Made by a program: the position numbers and the translations under genes. A DNA stretch of 64,000 nt, from assembly GCF_006345805.1 (NCBI RefSeq), contig NC_043005.1, forward strand, positions 8,308,001 through 8,372,000. Direction: 5' to 3'. This DNA comes from Octopus sinensis (taxonomy: Eukaryota). The notes under the pieces were generated by a model. The model was not told where the DNA came from and ran no database searches. It worked only from the letters and a program-made list of their open reading frames with translations. Shown piece after piece: positions 26,071 to 39,800 of this stretch (positions are counted from its first letter, which is position 1; each line of letters opens with the position of its first letter).

Positions 26071-27164
26071 TATTTACACACACACACACGCACATACACA
26101 CACACATATATATATATATATATACACATATATAAACACGCACAAGCTAAAACATCCACACACACATACACATATATGTATATATATTTCCATATACATA
26201 TACATTGATATGTACACATATATGTATGGACAACAATACGTGCGTGGGTATATATATGTATACACATTTAAATTATACTTATATTAAAGTATATATACGT
26301 ATGCGTGTGTCTATATGATACGCACAGATGATCTGTCGAACGGGCAAGAGCGACGCCTGTATGAATGTCTGTTTGCTAATAATTGGATACTCTCTGTTGA
26401 TATTGAATGAATCATGATATAATACAACCTATGCACTTAACAATGTTCAGTTTCTGTTAATGAACGCTCAATCAGCCAATCAAATAAAAATCCTGAACAT
26501 TATTTCCTATATTTTCCCGAAGTATAATGATTTTCATAATTATGATAATATCAAGAAATCGTTATTACGTTCAACACTAAGTCTAGTCTTTCTTATAATG
26601 CTTGTTAATAAACAAAAAAATATAGAATACATACATGTAGACATCTATAGCCATTCAACTTACTTATGTACCTATGTATTAGCGTTAGCGTGAATGAATA
26701 TAGACTCTGTTGGAACCAGAATATCTATTTCTACTCTAATGAATATTTCCCTTCTGAAATTCGATCGGTCTGCAGTGGTACATTTATGAAAAAAAAAAAA
26801 CAGTCTCTGATTTAAGCAGAAGGCTAGAAATTTTAAGAAGGCGTTAGTCAATATTATGTAATCCAGAAGTTGACTGTCACTCTATTTTATCGAAGCTGAA
26901 GAATATAAAGACAAATTTCACCAATGTTGTGTCTTGAACTAAGAACCTAAAGAATCTGAAGAAATATCGCAATGATAACCAAATCCAATCTATTGATATT
27001 CTGTCTCCATGGGAATTTAAAATAATAACATATTAATATTTCACTCTGAATCATACACATATATACACACACACGTATACTCAGGATCTAGATTGGAGAC
27101 CGGTTCTTTCTCTATTGGCAGGAGGTCTTGAAATAAACTGAAAAACCAACATACATACATACGT

Positions 27165-27200
<36 letters not shown>

Positions 27201-27204
27201 TCAC

Positions 27205-27416
27205 CCCTTCCAATAAATCCAATATTTTCAATATTCTCAAGGTTTTCCATTCGGCTATGAATTAGCTGCTATAACTCCAAAAGCCTAGAATTTTCCCTGC
27301 AAAGTATCTGTTTCACACTGTTCAAGTAAATCTTCACGATATTTTCAATATTTGCTATATTCCAATAATTTATCACGACCTGTCATTATACAACAGTAGC
27401 AGCTTACACTGAATAT

Positions 27417-27485
<69 letters not shown>

Positions 27486-28420
27486 ATATAAAACAAATTA
27501 AAAAGGAAAATACGCACACTTTACATAGTTTTAATATAATTTTTACTATATCGACCGGTTTCGCTATCGTTATTCATGATATTAAGTTTTACTTATTTCA
27601 ATATGTATTTTCTGAAGTCATTGCTTATCATTCAACACAACAACGTATTTTACAGTAAGATACTCCTTTCAAGATTATTCCATTCCCATGCTCATTGACT
27701 TTAAGTCGTAAACACGCATGACATTCCTTCTGACTCACTCGGAATGCTCTTGATACGTCGTAGTTTTCATGCTTGTCACGGTGAGTTATTATAGCCATTA
27801 AAAAAAAATTTTGAAGAATTTTTGAAGATTTTATACCATTTACGCTCCTTCTCACTTTCTCCAAACTAATGTCTCTTTGCTTCTTTTTTCTAACACCAGT
27901 GTATTTGATCCATTTTATTAGAATTTATCACCATTTAATTTACCGTTACGTACTCATCTTACTGTGTTTACATATTCATAATTGATCACCCTAAACCTAA
28001 AATGTACGCATTGTTGCATCCCTTGTCCTATAAATTTCCATTCAAAAAAATCTGTTTCCCGGATGATATTTATCCCACTCGTCCTCTCTAGCGTATGTTT
28101 TCACCTATAAATCTAATATCAATTGATTTATCCACATAAACACAACGTCACAATATATTTTCCCGAAATAAATCTAATTAAATGCTGTTTATCTAAACTT
28201 TCATGATATTTCCAATATTTCCAATGAATCCAATATTTCCAATATTCCCAACGTTTTCCATTCCGCTATGAATTTGCTGATATAATTCCAAAGCCTACAT
28301 TTTTTTCCTACAAAGTATCTGTTTTATACTGTTCAGGTAAATCTTCACGATATTTTCAATATTTTCTATATCTCTATATTCTATCAGGACCTATAGTAGC
28401 AGTAGTAGCAGCTTACTCAT
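27205..28420. repeat. ~200-bp direct repeats (27205-27415 and 28215-28420) around a segment with an HHR relic; probable PLE remnant
   Basis: Shared GTTTTCCATTC.GCTATGAATT..CAAAGTATCTGTTT..GTAAATCTTCACGATATTTTCAATATTT; HHR relic at 27548-27582 on the minus strand. Confidence 0.6.
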
Positions 28421-28863
28421 TTGGAGAATCCCTCCCCTCGATGTTCAATGCTTACTCAGACAACCATAAGGCAGGGATATGTGTCCTTGCCTTTCAGTTT
28501 CACATCAAAGCACAATGTGTCCTTGCCTTTCAGTTTCACATCAAAGCACAGTCATCAAATTCTAACATTCGTCAGAAAATACTCTTCGTTTTTATTATTA
28601 TACACTTACCACAGCCCACAGCTCAATTCTCCAAAGATAGGAGAGAATAACGGTTAATGAAGTTTTCAGTCACTGATTCGAAGGGTAGAATCTGGTATTG
28701 ATATATTTCTAAAGTCTAATACTTATTCTTTGGCCAAAGCACTGAGTTACGGGTGTGCAAACAGACAAAAAACAGTTGTCACACCTGAGCACTAAAACTT
28801 ACACATATAGACATACATACAGACATACATACAGACACGCACACATTCGCCTGTGCATATATA

Positions 28864-29738
28864 CAGGGTGGGTGAAAAGTAAGTAGGCATTAAAAATTGG
28901 TAATACAATCCATATTCCATTTACAAATTTATTGAAGCAAATGATACGTGTTCTTCATTACATGGGAAAATGAAACTAAATCTTCATACTTCAACGTAAG
29001 CACCGGTGGCATCAGCCAGTTTCCTCAAATGGCGAGGGATGGAATAAACAACCTTCTGAAGGACGTCTTCTAGGATATCATTGCGAACCTCCAAAATCCG
29101 TGTCCCAATTCCTCCAGTCTGCGAGGTTTTGTCATGTAACACCTCTGTTGTGTGATTCATCAGGTAAAAATCACATGAAGTGAGATCTGGACTTCTTGAA
29201 GTTCTGGATTTCTGAAATTCTGCGGTCACAGTCTTCGAGTTTTAGCTTCTGCATGTAATGAGGTTTCCACGGACGAAAATTCAATTCTTTATGCAACACC
29301 GTATGCATTGCGTATCTTGTTAATCCATTTTCATCAGCTGCTCGGAGTGTTGATTTTTGCGAGCTGAAGTTAAACAGTTCCTGCACTAGTGCCACGTTCA
29401 CCGCTGATTGGGATGTGGTTGAAAATCCACTTCTTGCATTGTTCAGAGAGCCCGTGGTCATCAGCTTTGCTTAACAACATTTTATTGTCCTCGGACGTAG
29501 TGTTGAATGCTTACCTTTCCATGAGCACCACAATATCTGAACAAAAACGGTGGAATTGCACACTTCATAGCGTGCTGCTGTCTTAGCTCGCTCCTGAGCA
29601 GTCAAGTGACCGGCCATCTTGAAAATAAGTAAATAGAATGTCTCCATTAGTGTTGCCTGTTTAAAATGTTTTCGTCATGGCATCAGACTAAAAGTTCTAT
29701 AAGCAATTTCTAATGCCTACTTACTTTCCACCCACCAG
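28864..29738 (-). mobile_element. Internally deleted Tc1/mariner-superfamily element (DUF4817/rosa-like)
   Basis: TIRs CAGGGTGGGTGAAAAGTAAGTAGGCATTA / TAATGCCTACTTACTTTCCACCCACC; N-terminal TGS..RSG..LHKELNFRPWK..Q.L..DCDRR joined almost directly to RSPDLTSCDFYL. Confidence 0.85.
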
Positions 29739-29780
29739 TGCTTTCACCAAAGAATAAGTACATATATGTATGCATGTAGC

Positions 29781-30185
29781 TGTATATATAAAAGGCAGGA
29801 TGTGTGTGTCTGTATGTATGTGAATGTAATTTATGCACATCCACAAATTAGCACGCATGTCGCTCCAATTTTAAGAGGACATTCGTCATGATCCTAGCTG
29901 TATTTTCGTCAATTTATTTTTACCAGAGCCACCAGTCAAATTGCAGTAAAAATTAATTTTCAACCAAAACTTAACAATTTTCAAGTCGGACAAATCATCA
30001 TTGTTTGCAAACAGGAGTTAAGTCCCCTTCTAGCGACGAGTAAGTTTTTAAGACTTTTGTTGTGCTTTTTCCATCGAGGAAAAAAGTGTTTTGTTGATAT
30101 ACGGGCCCACCCCCACACGAACATGTATGCGTACAAAAAACATGTACGCCTGAGTAAGTGTGTGTATGTGTGCGTGTGTGTATTG

Positions 30186-30230
<45 letters not shown>

Positions 30231-30340
30231 ATTTCGTCCAACATTTGACGAAGATGTTACTTAGTTTGGTTTGAAATAAAGAACTTGAGTAGCTTAATAA
30301 TCCTAACTTAATCCCGAGCAAAGCCGGATTATACTGCTAG
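29781..30340 (+). mobile_element. Non-autonomous Helitron, family 2
   Basis: 5' T(G)TATATATAAAAGGCAG; 3' hairpin CCCGAGCAAAGCCGG then TACTGCTAG|T; internal sequence unrelated to family 1. Confidence 0.65.
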
Positions 30341-30349
30341 TATATATAT

Positions 30350-30500
30350 ATAACGGACTTTGTCATAGTTTCTGTCTACCAAACTCATAAGGCTTTGGTC
30401 GACCTTGTGCTTTAGTACAAGACACCCAAAATATTGGAATTCAAACCGAAACCACATAGTTGCAAAGCGAACTTCCTAACCATGCAGCCATACCTGCGCT
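30350..30500 (-). mobile_element. Decayed 5' module of SINE family B
   Basis: Homologous to the head and central block of 7525-7690. Confidence 0.7.
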
Positions 30501-31339
30501 TAGCGAGCTTCTTAATCGTACAACATGGGAAGGTAATTGCAATTTACAGGGCATCATAAAAACATATACTTAAAGCAACTATTTACAATGGAAATGATCG
30601 CATCAAACTTCCCAAAGTCAAACAAGACGCAAGGGAAGCAAACTATAGATATCAATATTCATTTCTAATATTTAACTTGTAACCATGTTTAATGTTCCAA
30701 GGTTACTTTTGGTAAACCACTCAGAGGACATGAACTAAAGCAAACTAATAATAAATCTTGCCCGAACAAACAGAAACAAACGAAACAAAACTTACGCAAT
30801 GCCTGTTGTCATAATTCTGCCGTGCATTTAACTCGAAAGGGTCATATTGAGGCAGTTGTGATAAAATCTACAAATGACTGGTTTGCAGCACATGAAATAA
30901 TAATCATGGAAATTATCGTACCGTCTTCTTTTATGCAGACACCCCTCCACCATACATTTATATTCATATCTGTGCGTCAATATGCGCGTGGATAATACTT
31001 TTGAACGTACGGCGTCAAAAGAAACATATGTAGATATAAGAATATATTTATATATATATATATATGTGTGTGTGTGTATGTGTGTGTGTATGTGTGTGTG
31101 TATGTGTGTGTGTGTGTGTGTGTGTGTACGAAAAAATTCAAGGTGGAATTGTGCATGCAAATATCTACAAACGTACAGATATAACAGTACAGGAGGCACA
31201 TTCACATATCTTCAGGTATGGACATAACTGTCTCTTGGATAAAGTAAAAAGTAACAAGTATGATATGACATTGGAGTGAAATTTTGAATACTTTAAGAAA
31301 ATCTTATGAGACCCGGAAGCCAAATTTTGTCGAACAGCC

Positions 31340-33550
31340 TGCCAACTCAAATGACTATGGGTGATAAAGAAGGAGAACAACAGCACACTCTGCAAATTTC
31401 CCACGTACAAAGTAGACCACCCACTCCACCCATCCCCAACCAACCGAAAACTCAACCAAAAACTATCCAGACTGAAACATTATATCTCCAACATCTTAAG
31501 GAAGGAATCGAAAATAGTACCAAACTTAACCAAGGCACAACATAAGACATTGACAAAACTAAATAACACAAATTTAAAAAAACCAAAAAAAAACTTATCT
31601 ACTTACCATCAGATGAAGGGAAAGAAATCTGCGTGATTTCTTGTGAAATGTATGATAGACAGGCACTAAAACATTTGAGCAATGACAGGCTATATTCTGA
31701 AGTGACAGATACAACCGCGACCAGGATTGAGGAACGAATTAACATCGCATGGACTGACAATTGTAGACGGAGATAACTACATAGCAAATACAAAAACAAC
31801 TTCATTACAAGTAACAGCAGATTACCCAGATTCTATCACCTCATTAAAGTACACAAGGATAGCAACACGATTCAGATTAGACCCTTCGTCTCCAGCGTTG
31901 AAGAACCTCTATATAAAATATTCTGGCTACTTTCTCACATCCTGAGACCCATACTCGCCACCTTTCCTGGACGCCATGGACTCCTACGAAGTCATCAGAA
32001 GATGGCGCCAACTGCCCCCTGACGAAGTTAGGCAAAACAGATATGTCTCTAGTCTTTATGTTGTCTCAATGTACACAGCGGTACCAGCACACTCGATGGT
32101 CAACCTATTGGCTGTTTCGGACTCGCTGCAGGTGATATACATCAGCTATTGTCCATCATCATGGACAACACCTACTTATCTTTCCATGATCACATATACA
32201 AGCAGACAACAGGTCTCCCCATGGGATCCAATCTCTTGGGCCTACTAGCCAACACCTATATTAACCATCTGGAACGTCGAACACCCAACATTTGCCGCTC
32301 ATGCGCTTTCTTTACCTGGTATGTAGATGACATCCTCATACTCACATCTTCCTGTGAAGAGGCTGATAGAATATTCACGACGTTCAACAACATGGCCATG
32401 AATATTGAGTTCACTATAGAACACCCCAACAACTCTGGTTCACTGTCGCTACTTGACTTCCAACTGAAAATAATGGAAGAAGGAGAGATCCACGCAGAGT
32501 TCTGCAGGAAAGCAGCCAGTAGAGATGTTTGTTCAGTACAGTTCAGCACTTCCACTCGGTGCCGAAATAGGATACGCCAGAAATGAACTTGCATGCATCC
32601 AGAGCAAGTGCAGCAGGACAGAGGACAAGGTGACCCATACTACATACTTCCTAGAGATCTTGAAAATCGACGGGTACCCTATATCCATTGTAAATCGGCT
32701 TAAGTATCCAAGACGACAAACACGCCGAAAATACAGAAAACCCAGCACACATGCTTCCTTAAAATACCCCATTTTAGCGAGAGGATAACTACAGCCATAA
32801 GAAGAGAAGGATTGGACATACAACTAGCCCACTCCGTCCCCTCTCTGAGAAGACACCTCCCAAAGAACGGGAAAGGGACATCAATCAATGCACACTAGCA
32901 AACTGCCCCGTTCGTGACATATATTTATGCCAACGGGTAAATATTTTCTATAGAATACAATGTAACAAATGCAACACGTACTATGTGGGTAGCACAACAA
33001 GACCGTTACACATTCGCATAAAAGAACATCTGAAAACGAGAGCCTCCTTCTTCAAAAAACATCTAGACAGATTTTGGAACACCGACAAAAGGATAACAGT
33101 CGCAATTGAGGTCAATAGAAGAAATTTGGGTAATCTAAGAATTAAGGAAGCTATTCTCATAGACAGACTAGGGCTCCAAATTAACAACAGGCTGGAGATT
33201 GGCAGTCAATATGTCATTTAGCAGCATTTGGATGCGTGTAGGTTCCTTTTTGATAACATGCTCATGTATTATTTATAACAAAAAAAAAGAAAGGAAGAAG
33301 AAAAAAACTGTCCGTATAATACATAGCTTAGAAGCAGCGCTACGGACGTGGCAGCACAAACGAGCTTGAAATATGGCCACTCCCACACACATCTCATGAG
33401 GAATTCCGGAAGGAGCTTCGTGATACCACCGCAGATACACTTCCGAAAAAAAAATTAAACGTTGGAAAGCCGATTATACCAGTGATTCGATCAATTCGTA
33501 GGGACATTTGAAGAAGGAATTTTTGCATTCCGAAATATTATATCAGACTA
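31340..33550 (+). mobile_element. Penelope-like retroelement (RT plus GIY-YIG endonuclease), near full length, frameshifted
   Basis: PSDEG, FYHLIKVHK..IRPFVS, SLYVVSMYTAV, GLPMGS, YVDDIL, LSLLDF, GYP, then NIFYRIQC..C..YVGSTTRPLHIRIKEH; HHR relic at 33505-33546 in the 3' UTR. Confidence 0.92.
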
Positions 33551-33819
33551 TGGATGATTAAATTTTAACAGTTATCATCGTACACTGTTGTTATTATAGT
33601 GTATTGTTGTACCATTCAAGACACGTTATATTTTACTTTAAGTAAATTGTTATATATATATATTATTTTACTTAATGTTTATATGTGCGTATATATATAA
33701 ATTATAAATACATACACGCACACACAAGCATCTACAAACATATACATACATATATATATACATGTATATATATGTGGGCATTACATATATGTATATAGAT
33801 ACATACACACATACACACA

Positions 33820-33884
<65 letters not shown>

Positions 33885-33892
33885 GTGCGTGC

Positions 33893-33923
<31 letters not shown>

Positions 33924-35911
33924 TGTATTACACAGACGTACACGAGCACATATATACATAAAATACTAATAAAATAAATGTCTCGATCTTCTCAGAAATT
34001 AACATATAAAATTACACTGATATAAATACACTTATATATGTGTGTGAGTGTGCATGTGTGTCTGAGTGTATGCGTGTGTTTATGCGTGCGTGTGTATATG
34101 TGTGTGCGCGTGAGAGAAAGAGAGAGAGACTTTAAATATATACATAAGTACATGCTTGTGTATAAACACGTTTTCAGATGTACACGCAAACTGACATCCC
34201 CACACAAACCCATAAACTCTCACACACACTCACACACACACACACGCACACTTATCGTACAATACTGTAAACTGTGTTATATAAAGAAGTGTCAATCTTC
34301 TGTTAAAAATGAGATAGCTGGAAGGATAAAAATATAAGAAATAAAATAAGAAATAATTAAACAAAAAGAATGTAAGTATAAAGAAGGCAAGAAAAAAAAA
34401 AGAAAGGTAAAGATAGACAAGGAGAAGTGTATCTATTGCATCGTTATATATATGTTTGACGTAATGGACTAAAAAATAGATTGTTTGAAAAAGAGAAGAG
34501 GCAGTTTTACTCGAGCAGTGAAACATTGAGAGGAAATAAGGAAGAGGCTGAGAGAAAAGAAAAGGAAGTGAAAATATTTAGATGGAGATGCTGATAGAAT
34601 GAACGGTTTTGAAGAACACTAATAATGGAGTGAAGATGGTTAGAAGTAAAATGGGAGAAATACATGAACAAGTATCTTGGTGTAAGAATGGCGAAGATAA
34701 GCATAGGGAAATTAGATGATAAAGCTGAATATAATAGGAATGATTAGTGGATGGGAAACCGAAGAGAAAGGTAATAAAGTGGGCGGGCGCAAGTAGCAGA
34801 CAGGTGCGTTAAATTTGAACGGTGTTCGTTGTACTTGCCAATGCAGACGAATAATACTATAATGCTATGTCATGTATGATATATTTTAGAATATCTGGTT
34901 GATAAATGAAAGGATGAACGAGCTAAGGTATTATATTTTGGAAATAACGTATGGGTCGAAATTGGATCGCAAAATTCAAATGAGGCAAAATGAATAACAG
35001 ACATTTGTTCACTCGCGTTTATGTGGAATGTATAATTTTCTTTTTATCGTCCTATACATCAGGGGTTTTGGATTTAGAATTGGATATGCTGGCATCTCTC
35101 TCTCTCTCTCTCTCTGATACACATACACACATGACTTATACACATGTAGTCAGTGGTCTAGGGTCCTGGATGACTTTATAGCTGGAGTAAGAAAAAGCAA
35201 AGTTAATTGAACAAGTAATAACTCCATGTAGAAAAAATGAAAATGAATGAAATTATGTTTCAGAATTTTGTAGGCATTTCATTAGCAAATATCACGGCTT
35301 TAACATGATAAAGTTGCGTTTGCTTATATCATGAAATGCAGACTGCTTCCAGTTGCTGAGTTTGGTAAAAAGGTATTGTTTATGACCTTCGTATCTCCTC
35401 CAAATCACAACATCAGTGACGATTGTAGAAGGAACGAGAATGCTTGAGTTGAGGAATTACAAGAGTTGCAAACTCCAGTGAATAATGTCAACCATCGTCG
35501 CGTCAGAGGAGAAATCACAGATGTGGGCTAGAGTTGCGCCGTGTCTATTTAACTGTTTCACATCTATAAATTCTACGCTCAAAGCTTCTTTAAAATTCGA
35601 AATTCACGAAATTTTCTATGATCTTACTCTCAATATTGATTTAAGCTGTTCTTTTTTGTGTTCTAATGGGATAAGATCGTTGACTTGAGCAACCTACTCC
35701 TAAAATCTGATTCCGTGGGGTCTTTCCAAGCTTGTGTTACCAGGTGTGTATGCTATGGCCCCACATTTTCTTGAAAAGAATAATATTTTTCTCAATTATT
35801 GCATTAGACTAACCTTTTGAAATACTTCACTAAGTAATTTTTAACAAATATAAGCACTAATTTGTGTTTCACTCGAACGACTCCACATGCATTAACACGA
35901 ACTCCATAATT

Positions 35912-36300
35912 CTTTTCTACTCTAGGCACAAAGCCTGAAAGTTTTAGGGAAGAGATCAGTCGATTAGATCGATACCAGTACGCAACTGGTACTTAATTTA
36001 TCGAACCCCGAAAGGATGAAAAGCAAAGTCGACCTCGGTGGAATTTGAACTCAGAACATAGCGACAGACGAAATAGCTATTTCTTTACTATCCACAAGGG
36101 GCTAAACACAGAGAGGACAAACAAGAACAGACAAATGGATTAAGTCGATTACATCGACCCCAGTGCGTAACTGGTACTTATTTAATCGACCCCGACAGGA
36201 TGAAAGGCAAATCGACCTCGGCGGAATTTGAACTCAGAACGTAACGGCAGGCGAAATACCTATTTCTTTACTACCCACGAGGGGCTAAACATAGAGTACA
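35912..36300 (-). mobile_element. SINE family C array (tail1 / body-tail1 / body-tail2)
   Basis: Junctions GAAATAG|GTATTTCG-like at ~36078 and ~36260; the last unit carries the alternative tail. Confidence 0.85.
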
Positions 36301-37245
36301 CAATCAACTTTTTATTCGACGTAGTTACCAGCCTACTCTCATTTAATCTGCTCTTTCTGCGACTGTGCAGAAGGGAATACCATAGCCCTTACACTCTTCG
36401 TCCGGAATTCCAGCCATTGTATTCCCTTTCTCTTTATCTACCATTATACCACACGGCTCCAACAAGGCATCACTTTCCGTATCTTCCGCCGCCTACACTA
36501 TGACCCTGTCGCATCTCGCTTCTTTTCTCTCCCAGTTATTCGATCCTGTAAGCTCACTGTCAAAATTTGAAGCATCGGTGTCCATAGCTCCACGTTCCCT
36601 ACACACAATTCTTCCTTCAGGATTGTGTTCGTTGCTCCCGTCTTTCTTGCCACTCATGCCCTTTCCTTCCTATGCCACCACACATGCCTAACTCAACCAC
36701 CACATATTCCTCATTCAAGCTCCTTTCCCTGCATTTTCTTCTAATAACCTGATGTATGTGATCCAATAATGCTTGTGAAAATTTGTCTCTATCGGGTATA
36801 CTGACCGCCATTTGGATATCGAACATGGTAACATCTCTCCTTTATCGAAACTAATATACCTTTTGGTTTGAATTCACCTCCTGAATTCTTATAATTTTTT
36901 TCTTCCCGCTTTTTTCTTCCTACCACTTATCGCCATTTCACTTTGTCTTGCTATTTCCGCCTTCTCCCACGCCAATCCTATGCATTCCACTTACACGTAT
37001 ACTCTCCCACCACCGACATCCTCCCTCAATCTCTCACCCACGCACAGGACTTCTGTACACGCACACCGCCTCTTCATACACACGACCCTCTCTGCCGCCC
37101 CTCTTCCACAACCCCAGCCTCCGCCTCGTCTGCTACACCATTCAGACACACCAGACAACCTAATGAGTGACTTTATGCGAACGCTTGTACCTCCTAAGTA
37201 TGCTAGCCAAAACTCCTTCCCATGACTTATTGTTTCACAATGTTA

Positions 37246-37288
<43 letters not shown>

Positions 37289-37385
37289 CACACACACACA
37301 CGCACATGCACACACACACACACAGACTCACTGATTTTTTGACAACATACAAAAGTGTATTTGTCAACGGTATATGGGTTAACAA

Positions 37386-37617
37386 AGGCGGCGAGCTGGC
37401 AGAATCGTTAGCACGCCGGGCGAAATGCTTAGCGGTATTTCGTCTGTCGTTACGTTCTGAGTTAAAATTCCGCCGAGGTCGACTTTGCCTTTCATCCTTT
37501 CGGGGTCGATTAAATAAGTACCAGTTACGCACTGGGGTCGATATAATCGACTTAATCCGTGTGTCTGTTCTTGTTTGTCCTCTCTGTGTTTAGACCCTTG
37601 TGGGTAGTAAAGAAATA
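37386..37617 (+). mobile_element. Full-length monomeric SINE family C with 17-bp TSD
   Basis: TSD GGTATATGGG(T/A)TAACAA at 37369-37385 and 37618-37634. Confidence 0.92.
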
Positions 37618-38273
37618 GGTATATGGGATAACAATTTTGCCGGTCTGTAATATTTGCGCATAGAACGCGAACTGCGAAGCATTGAAAAAAAAAAACGTTT
37701 TCATTTACATGACATGAAGCTCTCCAGTTGCATTAATTATTACATGTCAAAACGAAAACGCAAATGCGTAAAACCTCAAAACAACAAACCGAATTAGTGA
37801 GTGCTTTACTCAAAGCCATAAGGGGAGACAAATCTATACACACTGATGGAATTGACATAAGATATGTAATTATACATGAAAATATACACGATCTGATAAA
37901 CATCCACCCGACAGATATAGGAACCAGAAGTTATATGTATTTATATAAACTGTTCCTGCCAAACAAACATAATCGTGCTCAAATCTATACACATACAGTT
38001 GTCTGACATATATATACTTACAAAGAGCGTTGACGCACACGTAACACATTCACAAAATTACGTATTGATAATATATACATACATATAGAGAGGGTACAGA
38101 AGTCAAAACACGATACTGAATTCTTCTACACGAAATCTCTATAACATGGCTTCAGACTGTCACAGCGAATTACATGAAGCCATGCAAACAGAAAGAAACA
38201 AATACACATGTATTTCTGTAAACACGTACATATACTACTTACATACATACACACACCACACACACACACACAT

Positions 38274-38326
<53 letters not shown>

Positions 38327-38430
38327 GTATATATATATACACACATATATATATATATATGTATATATATACATATATATATATGTATATACACACATAT
38401 ATATATATATATATATATACATATATATAC

Positions 38431-38543
<113 letters not shown>

Positions 38544-39367
38544 ATATATATGTATAATACTGACTTACACATACACACAAACATGCGCTCATGCATAAAT
38601 ACATTCATTCATACATGAATACAGACACAGACATATACACCATTTTTACCATAATTGTTTTATTTCTTGATTTGTGAAAGAATTTTTGGTTTGGTTCGAC
38701 CTTGGTATTTAAGTGCTTGAAACTTAAGAATACAGCATTCCATTTGTTAAAGAAACCATATAACAACGTAAAAACGTAACGTAGTAATAACAGCTACAAT
38801 ATTTTCTTACGCAGCAGCACGAATAAAGAAACCAACAGTAATAAAATCAGTTATTTTCGCCTCACCAAATCCAAATATAAAGCAACATTTATATAACTAC
38901 CCCCACCAAAAAAGACAAGAACAAAAAAAAAACAGAAACAAAAAAATGCCTTTTATTTATTTATTTATTTATTTAAGCTCGGCGTGAAGTTAATTGCACG
39001 TTTGTGTAAAAAAGGTTTTGGATCTCATACACAGCTTGTATCATATTTGGTTATTTTCAGAATGATGTCCGTTACAGCTAAAGTTTACTGTGAATAATGT
39101 GGAACGCTTCCTTGAACATCTGGATCAATTAGTCAAAAATTTATAAAAGGCAGCTAAAAGGAAACAAGAAGATACAAGGATGAAGAAAAGCCCACCGAAG
39201 ACAATTACATACAGATATATATGAATGCATGGAACCTCAAACACATAAGTACTTTAAAACGTGTCAATGTGAAAACAGAGGTAAAAGTTTGGAATTCTGA
39301 AATATAAAATACAGGCATGTATTATAATGAAATATTTCCTATTACATATTGAACGGTATTCAATGTA

Positions 39368-39773
39368 AAGGCGGCGAGCTGGCAGAATTGTTAGCACACC
39401 GGGCGAAATTCTCAGCAGTATTTCGTCTGTCGCTACGTTCTGAGTTCAAATTCTGCCGAGGTCGACTTTGCCTTTCATCCTTTCGGGGTCGATTAAATAA
39501 GTACCAGTTACGCACTGGGGTCGATATAATCGACTTAATCCGTTTGTCTGTCCCTTCTGTGTTTAGCTCCTTGTAGGTAGTAAAGAAATAGGTATTTCGG
39601 CTGCCGTTACGTTCTGAGTTCAAATTCCACCGAGGTCGACTTTGCCTTTCATCCTTTCGGGGTCGATTAAATAAGTACCAGTTACGCACTGGGGTCGATA
39701 TAATCGACTTAATCCGTTGTCTGTCCTTGTTTGTCCCTTCTGTGTTTAGCCCCTTGTGGGCAGTAAAGAAATA
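39368..39773 (+). mobile_element. Dimeric SINE family C, head-(body-tail)2
   Basis: Internal junction GAAATAG|GTATTTCGG at ~39591; short repeat GGTATTCA at 39355-39362 and 39774-39781. Confidence 0.9.
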
Positions 39774-39800
39774 GGTATTCATAGGGATAATAATTAAAAT

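Noticed and set aside
30796-30867. Possible 72-nt minus-strand exon (TTTGTAG acceptor, GTAAGT donor; ILSQLPQYDPFELNARQNYDNRHC)
   Set aside because: Good splice signals and one open frame, but no recognisable homology and no partner exons; needs RNA-seq
35290-35830. Broken minus-strand reading frame (EALSVEFIDVKQLNRHG..)
   Set aside because: Possibly a decayed transposase, but I cannot assign a family from sequence alone
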